DNA of 64,000 bases from an uncultured Clostridia bacterium (GCA_947626155.1 CANQRC010000002.1:1322-65321); one strand, 5' to 3'. Counted from the stretch's first letter, positions 1-8,861 are shown. Numbers and translations: made by a program. The notes: a model not told the origin generated them from the sequence alone.

Positions 1-37
1 TTTTCAAGATAAAAGTGACTTATCGTGGAATCTGAAT

Positions 38-898
38 ATGCTTGCTTTGCCGATAACTGAAATTGGGAAAATTCAAATTAAGCTTTGGGATGATGACACG
101 ATAATTGAGATGAATGATTTCCAAAGTATATATTATTCGAGACGACCAACACAATTTGATTTGGACTATTTTGGCAAATTTTTTAATTTTACAGACACAA
201 ACACAGTCATGTGGCTAAAATATTGCAAAGGAATAACTTTAAACCAAATCCAAAACGCATTGAAGAACATTGGCCTAAGCCAAGAACAAATTATAGCAAC
301 TTCCAAAAACCTTGTGGAGCGACAACATTTGTTTTTGCAGGAATATGATAGCTCAAATGCAATTTCAAACGAGTGGCAAAAGAGATTGGCTTTTGGGCAA
401 TATATACAGGATTTTGTCTCGCATGCCGGTAGAAAAGATAATGTGTGCAAACTCGATTGCGCAACATTTGTGTATGTGCTATATAAGAATTTCTTTGGCG
501 TGGATATTCTTGAAAACGGATTTGGTGGCAGTTGGACAGGTAAAATTGCCACATCTAAAATTGGCGCCGAGCCAAAATTTATTGATGAAAATGCTTCAAT
601 AGAACAAAAGATCAACTTTATTGACACAAAATGTAAAGCTGGAGATATATTATTTTTCCACAGGCAATCCCTAAAAGAAAGCAATGTCTCGGATGAAAAC
701 TTTTATCCCGGACATTGTGCAATTTACTTGGGCAATCATAAATTTATTGATTCGAGATTAACAACAAGAGGTGGAATAGCGATCTCCGACATAGAAACTG
801 ACAACTATATGCCAAACTTTGTTGGCTTTAAAGATGTTATTTCGGCACTAAACATAACTAACAAACTAGAAAACGAAAGTTCTTCATTGGAATTTTAG
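38..898 (+). CDS. NlpC/P60-family cell-wall peptidase domain protein, possibly truncated at the 5' end by the window edge
   Basis: The C-terminal half has the papain-like NlpC/P60 pattern, with the Cys in 'KLDCATFVYVLY' and the His in 'YPGHCAIYLGNHKFIDS'. The reading frame is open from nt 2, so the ATG at 38 may be internal. Confidence 0.6.
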   Translation: MLALPITEIGKIQIKLWDDDTIIEMNDFQSIYYSRRPTQFDLDYFGKFFNFTDTNTVMWLKYCKGITLNQIQNALKNIGLSQEQIIATSKNLVERQHLFLQEYDSSNAISNEWQKRLAFGQYIQDFVSHAGRKDNVCKLDCATFVYVLYKNFFGVDILENGFGGSWTGKIATSKIGAEPKFIDENASIEQKINFIDTKCKAGDILFFHRQSLKESNVSDENFYPGHCAIYLGNHKFIDSRLTTRGGIAISDIETDNYMPNFVGFKDVISALNITNKLENESSSLEF

Positions 899-1183
899 GG
901 TGCGAATAAGCGCCCTGACAGTCCGCCAGAGAAAAGCAACCATGTAAGCGGTTGTTTTTTTGTTAAAAGATTTTGTAAAATTTTGTAAAACATTGAAAAT
1001 GCGGAGCGTTTTTGCTCTCGCGTTTTATTTTAATTCGTTTGTAGAACATAAAAGACGCTGCTTTTTGCTCTAAGAAACCTTTCGTGCAGCGGGAAAAAGC
1101 GTGAAAAATTCAAATTATTTTATTAAATCTTTACAAAAATCAAAAAAAATGATAAAATTAATAAAATTTATAGGAGATTTAAT

Positions 1184-1684
1184 ATGTTTGAAAGAGAAAT
1201 TGACGCGTTAAAAGCTTTAGCGAACGGAATTGACTACTTCACAGGTGAAAAGTGTATAAATGACAGCATTTTAAATGATCCCGATATCATTCGCACGCTA
1301 TATAGGGTTTGCGAGATTTTAAAAGATGTTCCGCCAAAGAAAGTAAAGAAGGCGGATTTTGTTTGTCCACTTGACTTGGAGAGAAAGTTTGATTATGAAG
1401 AAGGTTTAAGTTTAACGCAAATTATTGATAAAATTGCCAGCCTGTATCCAAACATGAAGAGATTGAAGTATTCCCAAGTTGCTGACATTTTGATTAGAAA
1501 AGGCTTGTTAGAAAAAGTTCTGGATGAAGATGGCAAAACCAAAAACAAAGCAACTTCTGTTGCTGAAAAATATGGAATAATTAACAAACAAAAAGTCTCC
1601 GCGTATGGGAGACAATATGAGGTTGTCAATTACACAAAAGATGGTCAAAAATTTGTTTTGTCCTGCTTAAAAGAAATAAGATGA
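1184..1684 (+). CDS. hypothetical protein (166 aa)
   Basis: Clean ORF preceded by 'ataggagatttaatATG'. I recognised no family. Confidence 0.5.
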   Translation: MFEREIDALKALANGIDYFTGEKCINDSILNDPDIIRTLYRVCEILKDVPPKKVKKADFVCPLDLERKFDYEEGLSLTQIIDKIASLYPNMKRLKYSQVADILIRKGLLEKVLDEDGKTKNKATSVAEKYGIINKQKVSAYGRQYEVVNYTKDGQKFVLSCLKEIR

Positions 1685-1706
1685 TATAATTAAAGTAGGA
1701 GGGGCT

Positions 1707-2678
1707 ATGTGCACGGCACTAAGTTTTAAAACTAAAGATTTTTATTTTGGAAGAAATTTAGATTATGAATTTTCTTACAACGAGACGGTTACAATTACAC
1801 CGAGAAACTATCCTTTCAAATTTCGTTGCATGGGGAAGAACGAAAAACACTATGCCATGATTGGAATGGCGTTTGTGCAGGAGGATTATCCTCTTTATTA
1901 TGATGCCACAAATGAAAAGGGGCTTAGCATTGCGGGCTTGAATTTTCCAGGCAACGCGTTTTATGCAAAAAGAGCAAAGGACAAAGAAAATATTGCGCCT
2001 TTTGAATTTATCCCTTACATCCTTGCAAACTGTAAGAATGTGGCTGAGGCAAGAAAATTGCTAAAAAACTTGAATGTTTTTGATGAAGATTTTTCAGCGG
2101 CGCTTCCACACTCGCCACTTCACTGGCTTATTTCTGACAAAAAGGAGAGCATTGTTGTTGAGCCTCTCAAAGACGGGCTGAAGGTTTATGACAACCCTGT
2201 TGGCGTTTTGACAAACAACCCAACTTTTGATTTTCACATGACAAATCTTGCAAATTATCTTAATGTCACGCGAGAGGAGGCGACAAGTAGATTTTCAAGC
2301 CAGCTGAGCCTAGTTCCTTTCAGCCGCGGCATGGGCGGGATTGGCTTGCCAGGGGATTTATCTTCCGCGTCAAGATTTGTTAAGGCGGCCTTTACAAAAC
2401 TCAACTCAGTTTCCGGTGACGACGAAAGCGAAAGCGTAAATCAATTTTTCCATATCTTAACTTCTGTTGAGCAGCAAAAAGGCTGCTGCAAAGTTGAGAA
2501 AGGTTTTGAATACACAATTTATTCTTCTTGCTGCAACACCGGCAAAGGAATTTATTATTATACAACTTACAACAACCGCCAAATTGTTGGAGTGGACATG
2601 AGAAAAGAGAATTTGAACGGGAAAACTTTGAAATCTTATCCACTTTTGAAAGAAGAAAAATTTTTAATTCAAAACTAA
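1707..2678 (+). CDS. bsh: choloylglycine hydrolase family protein (bile-salt hydrolase-like Ntn hydrolase)
   Basis: The N-terminus 'MCTALSF..FGRNLDYEFSY' carries the catalytic Cys2. Conserved blocks 'NEKGLSIAGLNFPG', 'LHWLISD', 'GVLTNNPTFDFH', 'GLPGDLSSASRF' and 'KGIYYYTTYNNRQI' match the Clostridium perfringens CBAH pattern. RBS 'aggagg' lies upstream. Confidence 0.9.
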   Translation: MCTALSFKTKDFYFGRNLDYEFSYNETVTITPRNYPFKFRCMGKNEKHYAMIGMAFVQEDYPLYYDATNEKGLSIAGLNFPGNAFYAKRAKDKENIAPFEFIPYILANCKNVAEARKLLKNLNVFDEDFSAALPHSPLHWLISDKKESIVVEPLKDGLKVYDNPVGVLTNNPTFDFHMTNLANYLNVTREEATSRFSSQLSLVPFSRGMGGIGLPGDLSSASRFVKAAFTKLNSVSGDDESESVNQFFHILTSVEQQKGCCKVEKGFEYTIYSSCCNTGKGIYYYTTYNNRQIVGVDMRKENLNGKTLKSYPLLKEEKFLIQN

Positions 2679-2706
2679 AAAGGACAAAAAAATAACACTT
2701 TTTATT

Positions 2707-2739
2707 AAAAAATGTAGAAAATCCCTTTCTACATTTTTT
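2707..2739. terminator. bidirectional intrinsic terminator between convergent bsh and tdk
   Basis: Hairpin atgtagaaa-atccc-tttctacat, flanked by an A-run on the left and a T-run on the right. Confidence 0.75.
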
Positions 2740-2741
2740 GT

Positions 2742-3326
2742 TTATTTGTTTTCTTTTATTCTTTTTTTGTAGCAGTTGTAACACATACTCTCATAACTTT
2801 CGTCTGCGCCAATCATGATTTCGGCGCCGTCTGTGACAATTTTGCCGCCAACAATTCTTGCGTTCACCGTGGCTTTTCTTCCGCACTTGCAAACGGATTT
2901 AATTTCCGAAAGGCTGTCCGCAATTTCAACAAGCCGCTTGCTGCCCTCAAAAAGTTCGGTCTTAAAATTTGTTAAAAGCCCATAACACAAAACGGGCACT
3001 TTTGTGCTTGCATCTTTCAGTTCGTCAACCTGACCTCTTGTAAGAAATTGTGCCTCGTCAACAATTATCACGCAGTCAGGGTGAAGAATGTCATACTTTT
3101 TGCAAAGGTCAACAAAACTGTCGCTTTCGGAAAACTCAATACACTCGCTGGTAAGCCCAATTCTTGTGCTGACCATGGGCTTGCCGTCAATCACGCAGCG
3201 TGTGTCGGTCTTTGGCTTGAACAAAAACACCTTGAACCCTTTTGTTATGTAATTAAATCTGCACATCAGCGCCTGAGCGGTTTTGGAACTTCCCATTGCG
3301 CCATATTTGAAATATAACTTATTCAT
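2742..3326 (-). CDS. tdk: thymidine kinase
   Basis: P-loop 'GAMGSSKT', 'IIVDEAQF', and the C-terminal zinc motif 'CKCGRKA...CYNCY' typical of type II thymidine kinases. Confidence 0.92.
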   Translation of the reverse strand: MNKLYFKYGAMGSSKTAQALMCRFNYITKGFKVFLFKPKTDTRCVIDGKPMVSTRIGLTSECIEFSESDSFVDLCKKYDILHPDCVIIVDEAQFLTRGQVDELKDASTKVPVLCYGLLTNFKTELFEGSKRLVEIADSLSEIKSVCKCGRKATVNARIVGGKIVTDGAEIMIGADESYESMCYNCYKKRIKENK

Positions 3327-3341
3327 TTTTTGCCCTTTTTC

Positions 3342-3370
3342 ATTTTAATAAAACAGCAAAATTTTGTCAA
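3342..3370 (-). promoter_or_regulatory. sigma-A-type promoter of tdk
   Basis: The minus strand reads TTGACA, a 17-nt spacer, then TAAAAT, followed by 'aaaggg' and the ATG. Confidence 0.6.
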
Positions 3371-3383
3371 CAAAATAAATTAG

Positions 3384-3472
3384 AAAAAATTATCGAAAAA
3401 ATACTTAAAAAATAAAAAATATTAAAAAATTAACAAAAAATTCAAAAAAAATAAGAAAAAATCATTAAAAAA
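3384..3472. repeat. array of helically phased A-tracts (predicted curved DNA) upstream of the tdk promoter
   Basis: Nine A6-A8 tracts start at 3384, 3396, 3407, 3414, 3424, 3435, 3444, 3456 and 3467. Spacing is mostly 9-12 bp. Confidence 0.7.
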
Positions 3473-3482
3473 TGCAATTTTT

Positions 3483-3797
3483 TTATTTTTTTACAATTAA
3501 ATCTGTTAAATCCGAGAAATTTATTGATAAATTTCCTATTTTAATTATTTGATTTTCATACTCCACTTTTGCCTTTCCCGAAGAAGTTTTGTAGTAGCCG
3601 TCAGAAAAATATTTTGCGCTGACAACATCACTTTTTGTGAGGTTTAAAAGAGTTTTAGAAATTTCTTCAATCTTCTCTTCCGGCAAATCTCCTTTCAGCA
3701 TTTTGTCGTGTTCATATTCTTTCATTCTCAAGGCGGCTTGCAAGCCTTTAAGCGCATCAAAAGGCGCAAACTGTTTTGCTCTGTCTTGCCTTGACAT
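3483..3797 (-). CDS. YolD-like protein
   Basis: The motif 'RAKQFAPFDALKGL' is typical of YolD-like proteins. I chose the ATG at 3797 (MSRQDRAKQF), which lies 1 nt after the stop of the upstream polymerase gene. The ORF-track start at 3845 would overlap the polymerase by 47 nt. Confidence 0.7.
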   Translation of the reverse strand: MSRQDRAKQFAPFDALKGLQAALRMKEYEHDKMLKGDLPEEKIEEISKTLLNLTKSDVVSAKYFSDGYYKTSSGKAKVEYENQIIKIGNLSINFSDLTDLIVKK

Positions 3798-3798
3798 T

Positions 3799-5073
3799 TT
3801 AACTCTCTCCACTTTTATGCCCTCCAATTGTTTTGTTGCGCTCAATTATTGTTGCGTTCTTTTCAAAGTCCGCGGCTTTCAAAACAGAATTCTTTCCATA
3901 CTTGTCTTGAAGCGCCAAAATGCTTCTCACAAGATTTTTTTCTTTCTCAATCTCGCTCTCATTCACAAACATATCATACATCTCATATTCCGCTGGCAAG
4001 AGGTCGAACCCATAGCCAAGTTTTCTTATTGGCTTTCTTTTGTCCACAAAATTTTCAAACATTTCGTCGGCAACTTTTCCTATTATAGAATACAGGTTTG
4101 TTGCAATGTTCATCCTGCGCATATCTTTTGCGCCGCTTTTGTCATCGCCATAGCCAACAAACAAGTGTATGTGGTCGGTGACATAGTTTTGGCGGAACAT
4201 ATCATAGCAGCCGTTTTGCACCATCTCTTGCATGACAAGTTTTGCATCCTGAAAGCCATAGTTGCAAGGCAAAATTTGAGAGGACGAAATGGATTTGGCC
4301 TTGGACTTGTAACTTTTTATGTCACTCATCAAACAGCTCTCTCTGCCCCAGGCGTGGTCAATGAGAAGTTCGGCATTTATTCCAAATTCGCTATAAAGCA
4401 CATCCTCGTTTGCCTTGGCAATTCCCTCCATGTCATAGATGCCGTGTTTTGCCAAACGGTTTATTGTGCCGGTGGAAATTCCCCAAAAATCCGAAAGCGG
4501 CTGATGATTCCAAAGCGTCTTTTTAAACTTCTCTTCCGTCAGCCAGCCAATTCTGTCTTTTGTGTGTTTTGCGGTTATGTCCAGCGCAATCTTTGCAAGA
4601 TACAAATTTGTTCCAATTCCCACTGACGAAGGAATGTGAAGTTTTTCTAAAATTTCCGCCATAAGTTTGTTTGCAAACTCCTTTGCGCGCAAATTGTAAA
4701 GTTTCAAATAGTCCGTCACGTCCAAAAAACACTCGTCTATTGAATAAACGTGGATGTCGCTTTTGTCAATATATCTCAAATAGATGGCATAAATCTCGGC
4801 GGCGTAGTCAATGTATTTTTTCATTCTTGGTGGCGCAATTAAAAAATCTATGTCTTTTGGAATTTCAAAGAGTCGGCAGCGGTTTCTCACTCCAAGATTT
4901 TTTAGCGCAGGCGAGACAGCCAAGCAAATTGTTCCGCTTTTTCTTGTCTCGTCCGCAACAACAAGTTTTGTTGACATGGCGTCAAGGCCGCGCTCGGCAC
5001 ATTCCACCGACGCGAAGAAGGACTTCATATCAATCACAAAATAAACTCTTTGCTTTTCCACTTGTTTTTCCAC
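3799..5073 (-). CDS. Y-family (DinB/UmuC/UvrX-like) translesion DNA polymerase
   Basis: N-terminal 'VYFVIDMKSFFASVECAERGLD' followed by 'YSIDECFLDVT' gives the catalytic D..(F/Y)..E and DE motifs of Y-family polymerases. The start is GTG and its exact position is uncertain. Confidence 0.85.
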   Translation of the reverse strand: MEKQVEKQRVYFVIDMKSFFASVECAERGLDAMSTKLVVADETRKSGTICLAVSPALKNLGVRNRCRLFEIPKDIDFLIAPPRMKKYIDYAAEIYAIYLRYIDKSDIHVYSIDECFLDVTDYLKLYNLRAKEFANKLMAEILEKLHIPSSVGIGTNLYLAKIALDITAKHTKDRIGWLTEEKFKKTLWNHQPLSDFWGISTGTINRLAKHGIYDMEGIAKANEDVLYSEFGINAELLIDHAWGRESCLMSDIKSYKSKAKSISSSQILPCNYGFQDAKLVMQEMVQNGCYDMFRQNYVTDHIHLFVGYGDDKSGAKDMRRMNIATNLYSIIGKVADEMFENFVDKRKPIRKLGYGFDLLPAEYEMYDMFVNESEIEKEKNLVRSILALQDKYGKNSVLKAADFEKNATIIERNKTIGGHKSGES

Positions 5074-5115
5074 AAACTTAGTATAGCACTTTTTCTTGCA
5101 ATCATCAAAAAAGTG

Positions 5116-5143
5116 TTGAAAAATTTTTGTTTTGTGCTATAAT
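5116..5143 (+). promoter_or_regulatory. sigma-A-type promoter with extended -10, placed for a leaderless transcript of the GH18 gene
   Basis: TTGAAA (5116-5121), a 16-nt spacer, then TGcTATAAT (5135-5143). The ATG at 5150 lies exactly 7 nt after the -10 hexamer, and there is no Shine-Dalgarno sequence between them. Confidence 0.5.
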
Positions 5144-5149
5144 TGAGCC

Positions 5150-6157
5150 ATGAAAAAGTTTTTTAGCATTTTGTGCGTGTTTTTGTTTGTGATTTGTTGC
5201 GCGCCGCTGTTTGGGGGCTGCGGAGGAAATTCGCCCAAAAGAGATTTTAGGGTGGTTGCATACATTCGGGCAGAAGATGCGATGAACAGCAATTTTGACA
5301 AGTCCCACATAAGTCAAGCAACGGATATTATTTTGTTTGAGACTGCAATTTTTAACGAATATGGCATGATTTTTAGGGATGAAAGATTTGACGATGTGCT
5401 TAACAACGTTCGCTCGGCAATGAATCAAAAGCAAAAATTGTATGTGAACCTGCTCGGCCCAGACGGCACAAGTGAGAACGAGGAGACCAGAAAACAAGAG
5501 CAAGCAGTTTTTCATAATATGGCGTTTGAAAATGGCTTGCTGGAAGGCAACATAGAAGAACTTCTTTCTACATATCAATTTGACGGCGTTTGCTTTGATT
5601 ATGAGTTTCCTCTTACTGATGAAGATTGGCAAATTTACAACACATTTTTGGTCAGCCTGGCCGGCGTTTTGGGCGAAGAGTATGACATTGGCGTGGCGTT
5701 TTCTTATTGGGATTCAAAATATTCCGAGGAGGCAATGGAGGCGGTTGACCTCTTTGCGCTTATGAGCTATGACAACTTTGACGAGGAGGACAACAACAAA
5801 CATTCCACTCTTGCGGACGCAAAGAAAGATGTTGAAAGAGTGCTGGAAAAGGGCTTTGAGAAAGAAAAACTTGTGCTTGGCGTTCCGTTTTATGCAAGAC
5901 CAACAACGGGAGAGAGATATTGGTATAGTTATAAAGACTATTATGACAAAATTGATGAAGAGGGGCTTTATAACGACCCAGAGACGGGCCTAACATTCTC
6001 TTTTAACACCTATGATGTGATTTATCAAAAGACCAAATATGCCATAGAGCAAAATTTGGCAGGCGTTATGATTTGGCATTACGGATGTGACCTGCCCGCA
6101 ACGGACAACCACTCCCTCTTCAACGCCATCACAAAGAGCATTCAAGACAATTTATAA
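5150..6157 (+). CDS. glycoside hydrolase family 18 (chitinase-like) lipoprotein
   Basis: Lipoprotein signal peptide 'MKKFFSILCVFLFVICCAPLFGGC'. GH18 catalytic motif 'DGVCFDYEFP' (DxxDxDxE). Also 'GVPFYARP' and 'GVMIWHYGCD'. Confidence 0.85.
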   Translation: MKKFFSILCVFLFVICCAPLFGGCGGNSPKRDFRVVAYIRAEDAMNSNFDKSHISQATDIILFETAIFNEYGMIFRDERFDDVLNNVRSAMNQKQKLYVNLLGPDGTSENEETRKQEQAVFHNMAFENGLLEGNIEELLSTYQFDGVCFDYEFPLTDEDWQIYNTFLVSLAGVLGEEYDIGVAFSYWDSKYSEEAMEAVDLFALMSYDNFDEEDNNKHSTLADAKKDVERVLEKGFEKEKLVLGVPFYARPTTGERYWYSYKDYYDKIDEEGLYNDPETGLTFSFNTYDVIYQKTKYAIEQNLAGVMIWHYGCDLPATDNHSLFNAITKSIQDNL

Positions 6158-6194
6158 ACAAAATTGGGCTTGGCAAATAAATGTGTTTGTTAAG

Positions 6195-6220
6195 AAAAAA
6201 CCGCATGAGTTGCGGTTTTT
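6195..6220. terminator. bidirectional intrinsic terminator between convergent genes
   Basis: aaaaaaCCGCA-tgagt-TGCGGttttt. Confidence 0.8.
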
Positions 6221-6261
6221 CATTTTGAGAGATTTGCAATTAAGTTTTGTGGCAGTCTTTT

Positions 6262-7290
6262 TTATGCGTTGTCCTCGGTGGCGGCATCATTTGTCACCTT
6301 GTAAAATTTGTATGTCACGCCGTCAAGAGTTTTAAGATATGTTTTCACTTTTGAATATTGGTCGGCATCTGCCTCTTTTCTTGCAGAGCCCGTGACTTCT
6401 TTAAGGTTGTAAACCGAAACGTCCACTGCGTCACCATTGTCGAATGTCACATTTGAAAGTGTCAGCCCCAAATCATCCTCGCCTTGGGTGTGTTCAACTC
6501 TGTCGGTGTACCAATTTGCCCTTACAAGAATTGCCGAACCGTCGGAAAGGTCTTGTGGGCCGTTTGTGACTTTCAAATTTTGAACATCCAAACTTTTTGT
6601 TTCTGCGCCTTCAGTTTTCAGGGTGCTGTTTGAGATGTCAACAAAGCCAAGAAGCACATGAATAGGCGTTTTTCCAATAATTTTGCTGTTTTTCACTGTC
6701 AAGTTTGTGTTTGCAGAAAGATAAACGGTTGTTTCTTTACTTTTAACCTCACTGCCGTTCTCCACAACAAAACTTTGACCCTTGCCGCCCTCAGCGTTGT
6801 TTGTAGCGAGCGCTTGGTCGGCAACATCAATGCTTGTTCCGTTAAGTTTTACTGTTGCGCCAGTGAAAGCCCCAATCCCTGCGCCTTTTTCGTTTGTCAG
6901 TTTAACATTGTTTAGTGAAACCTTTGAGTTTTCAGCGGCAACCAAAGTGAGTTGGTCTGAAGTGCTGTTAAGTTTTCCATTCTTCAAAACCAAATCACTT
7001 TTTGTGGCTTTCAAAATGCCATTTGGGTTCTGTGACGCGTCATTTTTAATTGAAAGCGTCTTGTTGTTAAGGTCAATTTCCCCAACATATTGGTCCAGCA
7101 CAAGCCTGTTGTCAAGTTCAATGTCTTCCGCCAAACGCACATACTTTTCTTTGTTTGACAAAAGCTCCTCAAAATTTGACTTTGTTGCGTTAACATAAGG
7201 GTCTTGTGGCGCTTCGCCGCACGCCGTCAAAAGCCCAATTGTTGCAACCGCCAAGCAGGCAACAGAAGTCATCAATCTTTTTTTGTTCAT
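6262..7290 (-). CDS. lipoprotein with beta-helix-like repeats
   Basis: I chose the start at 7290 (MNKKRL..), which follows 'ggaggttttt'. The lipobox is 'LLTAC'. The body consists of repetitive N/K/L-rich approximately 20-aa units such as '..VKLNGTSIDV..', '..LTVKNSKIIG..' and '..LKVTNGPQDL..'. Confidence 0.7.
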   Translation of the reverse strand: MNKKRLMTSVACLAVATIGLLTACGEAPQDPYVNATKSNFEELLSNKEKYVRLAEDIELDNRLVLDQYVGEIDLNNKTLSIKNDASQNPNGILKATKSDLVLKNGKLNSTSDQLTLVAAENSKVSLNNVKLTNEKGAGIGAFTGATVKLNGTSIDVADQALATNNAEGGKGQSFVVENGSEVKSKETTVYLSANTNLTVKNSKIIGKTPIHVLLGFVDISNSTLKTEGAETKSLDVQNLKVTNGPQDLSDGSAILVRANWYTDRVEHTQGEDDLGLTLSNVTFDNGDAVDVSVYNLKEVTGSARKEADADQYSKVKTYLKTLDGVTYKFYKVTNDAATEDNA

Positions 7291-7403
7291 AAAAACCTCC
7301 AAAAATAATCTCAAAATAGTTGTGCGCAGAAGAAAAGTTTTTATGTAAAAAATTTTTAAAACACAAATTTTGCGGTGGGCATATAGAATTAGAGGAGTAA
7401 TTT

Positions 7404-7625
7404 ATGGAAAGAAAACCAAATAAATGCAGATATGTTGAGGGCGACCAGTCCGCGCTCAAAACTTTTGCAATGAGAATTTTTGGGCGAATTCACGAGGTGA
7501 AAGCCCAACAAATTAAAGCGGAAGAGAGAATTGAAGAAGAACGGGTTGCCCCAGAAGTGCCAGAAAAAGAGGGCGAAGCAAAAAAAGAGAGCGTCCTGCC
7601 AAGATATGTTGAGGGAGAAAATTAG
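7404..7625 (+). CDS. small hypothetical protein (73 aa)
   Basis: Good RBS 'agaggagtaatttATG'. The charged sequence contains 'RYVEG' twice. Its 3' end overlaps the metK stop by 4 nt in a convergent arrangement. Confidence 0.35.
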   Translation: MERKPNKCRYVEGDQSALKTFAMRIFGRIHEVKAQQIKAEERIEEERVAPEVPEKEGEAKKESVLPRYVEGEN

Positions 7626-8707
7626 GAAAGTTTTTTAAAAGCCTCCCAAGGGTAGTTTGGGTTGGAAAAATGTCCGTAGCAGGCCGTTTGTTTGTAGATT
7701 GGCCTTAGCAAATCCAATTCTTTTATGATGTTGTCTGGCGAGAAGTCAAAATTGCGCTTTACAACTTCATAAATCTCTTTCAGCGGCCTTGTTTCCGTGC
7801 CAAAAGTGTTGATGTTTATTGAGAGAGGGTGCTCCAGCCCAATTCCATAAGACACTTCAATCTCGCATCTTTTGCAAAGTCCTGCGTGGACAAGGTTCTT
7901 TGCCACATAGCGGGCATAATATGCGCCAGAGCGGTCAACTTTTGTGGCGTTTTTGCTTGAAAAACAGCCTCCGCCAACTTTTGCCGCGCCGCCATAGGTG
8001 TCAACAACAATTTTTCTTCCAACTGTGCCGCTGTCGCCAAATGAGCCCCAAATTGTGAAGCGCCCGCTTGGATTTATTATGAATTTTATTGGCGAATTTA
8101 CAAATTTTTTGTAGTCTTCCAAAATTGGCAAAAGCACATTTTCTTTTATTCGCCTCTCTAAGTCTTGGCAGGCCTCGCTGTGGCTGACCGAGATTAAAAT
8201 TGTCTCAATAGAAACGGGCGTGTCGTCTTCATACACAACCGACACCTGGCACTTTGCGTCAGAGAAAAAGTCTTCGCTCTCTTTTCTAAAAGCCTCATAT
8301 TTTTTCATGATTTTGTGCGCCAAAACAATTGGAAGCGGCAAAAATTCTGGCGTTTCGTCCGTGGCATAGCCAAACACAATGCCTTGGTCGTTTGCGCGCA
8401 GTTTTTCCTTAACAACAGCTTGGTTGATGTCGGGCGACTGCTGAGAAATCTCTTTGATAATCTCAAACGGAACGCAATAGCCAACTTCGCTCAAAACCTC
8501 GCGTGCAATTTTGTCATAGTCAATCTTGGCGGAGGTTGTCGCTTCGCCATAGACGAACAATTTGTTGTTTTTAATGGAACATTCCACCGCCATTTGCGCG
8601 TTTTTGTCTTGCCTTAACGCCTCGTCCAAAAAGGCGTCGGCAATTGTGTCGCAGGTCTTGTCGGGATGCCCAATGTTTACGCTTTCGCTTGTCAAAATTT
8701 TTTTCAT
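7622..8707 (-). CDS. metK: S-adenosylmethionine synthetase
   Basis: 'SESVNIGHPDKTCD', 'GDQGIVFGYA', 'GGGCFSSKNATKVDRSGAYYARYVAKN' and 'ACYGHF'. I chose the start at 8707 (MKKILT), which follows 'aaggagg'. Confidence 0.95.
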   Translation of the reverse strand: MKKILTSESVNIGHPDKTCDTIADAFLDEALRQDKNAQMAVECSIKNNKLFVYGEATTSAKIDYDKIAREVLSEVGYCVPFEIIKEISQQSPDINQAVVKEKLRANDQGIVFGYATDETPEFLPLPIVLAHKIMKKYEAFRKESEDFFSDAKCQVSVVYEDDTPVSIETILISVSHSEACQDLERRIKENVLLPILEDYKKFVNSPIKFIINPSGRFTIWGSFGDSGTVGRKIVVDTYGGAAKVGGGCFSSKNATKVDRSGAYYARYVAKNLVHAGLCKRCEIEVSYGIGLEHPLSININTFGTETRPLKEIYEVVKRNFDFSPDNIIKELDLLRPIYKQTACYGHFSNPNYPWEAFKKLS

Positions 8708-8727
8708 ATAAAACCTCCTTGCCATAA

Positions 8728-8856
8728 ATTAAAAAAGCCCATCACATGACGGGCGAAAAGTTTTGTTATTGCCCATCGTTTCAAGCTTTAGCACCTTGAC
8801 TCTTTTCAGGTTGCTGTGTGGTCAACGGGCTTGTCCCTCGCACACTCTTTATGGTG
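8728..8856 (-). promoter_or_regulatory. SAM-I (S-box) riboswitch with intrinsic terminator in the metK leader
   Basis: The minus-strand RNA reads CACCAUAAAGAGUGUGCGAGGGACAAGCCCGUUGACCACACAGCAACCUGAAAAGAGUCAAGGUGCUAAAGCUUGAAACGAUGGGC. This carries the S-box core blocks AGAG..GAGGGA..GCCC..GA..GCAACC..AGGUGCUAA. It is followed by the terminator GCCCGUCAUGUGAUGGGCUUUUUU. The GAUGGGC of the P1 3' strand is repeated in the terminator, which allows an antiterminator alternative. Confidence 0.85.
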
Positions 8857-8861
8857 AAGGC

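Noticed and set aside
3637-4626. A 329-aa plus-strand ORF opposite the Y-family polymerase. Similar antisense ORFs lie opposite nrdD (11120-12061), mscL (9190-9690), the ZIP gene (13525-14076), the hydrolase (51343-52011), GH18 (5105-5632) and the frameshifted dehydrogenase (49067-49873).
   Set aside because: In every case the opposite strand encodes a protein with recognisable family motifs. The antisense translations have no motifs and unusual composition.
5074-5149. A LexA/Cheo box upstream of the Y-family polymerase.
   Set aside because: No CGAAC...GTTCG-like dyad is present. The region instead carries the plus-strand GH18 promoter.
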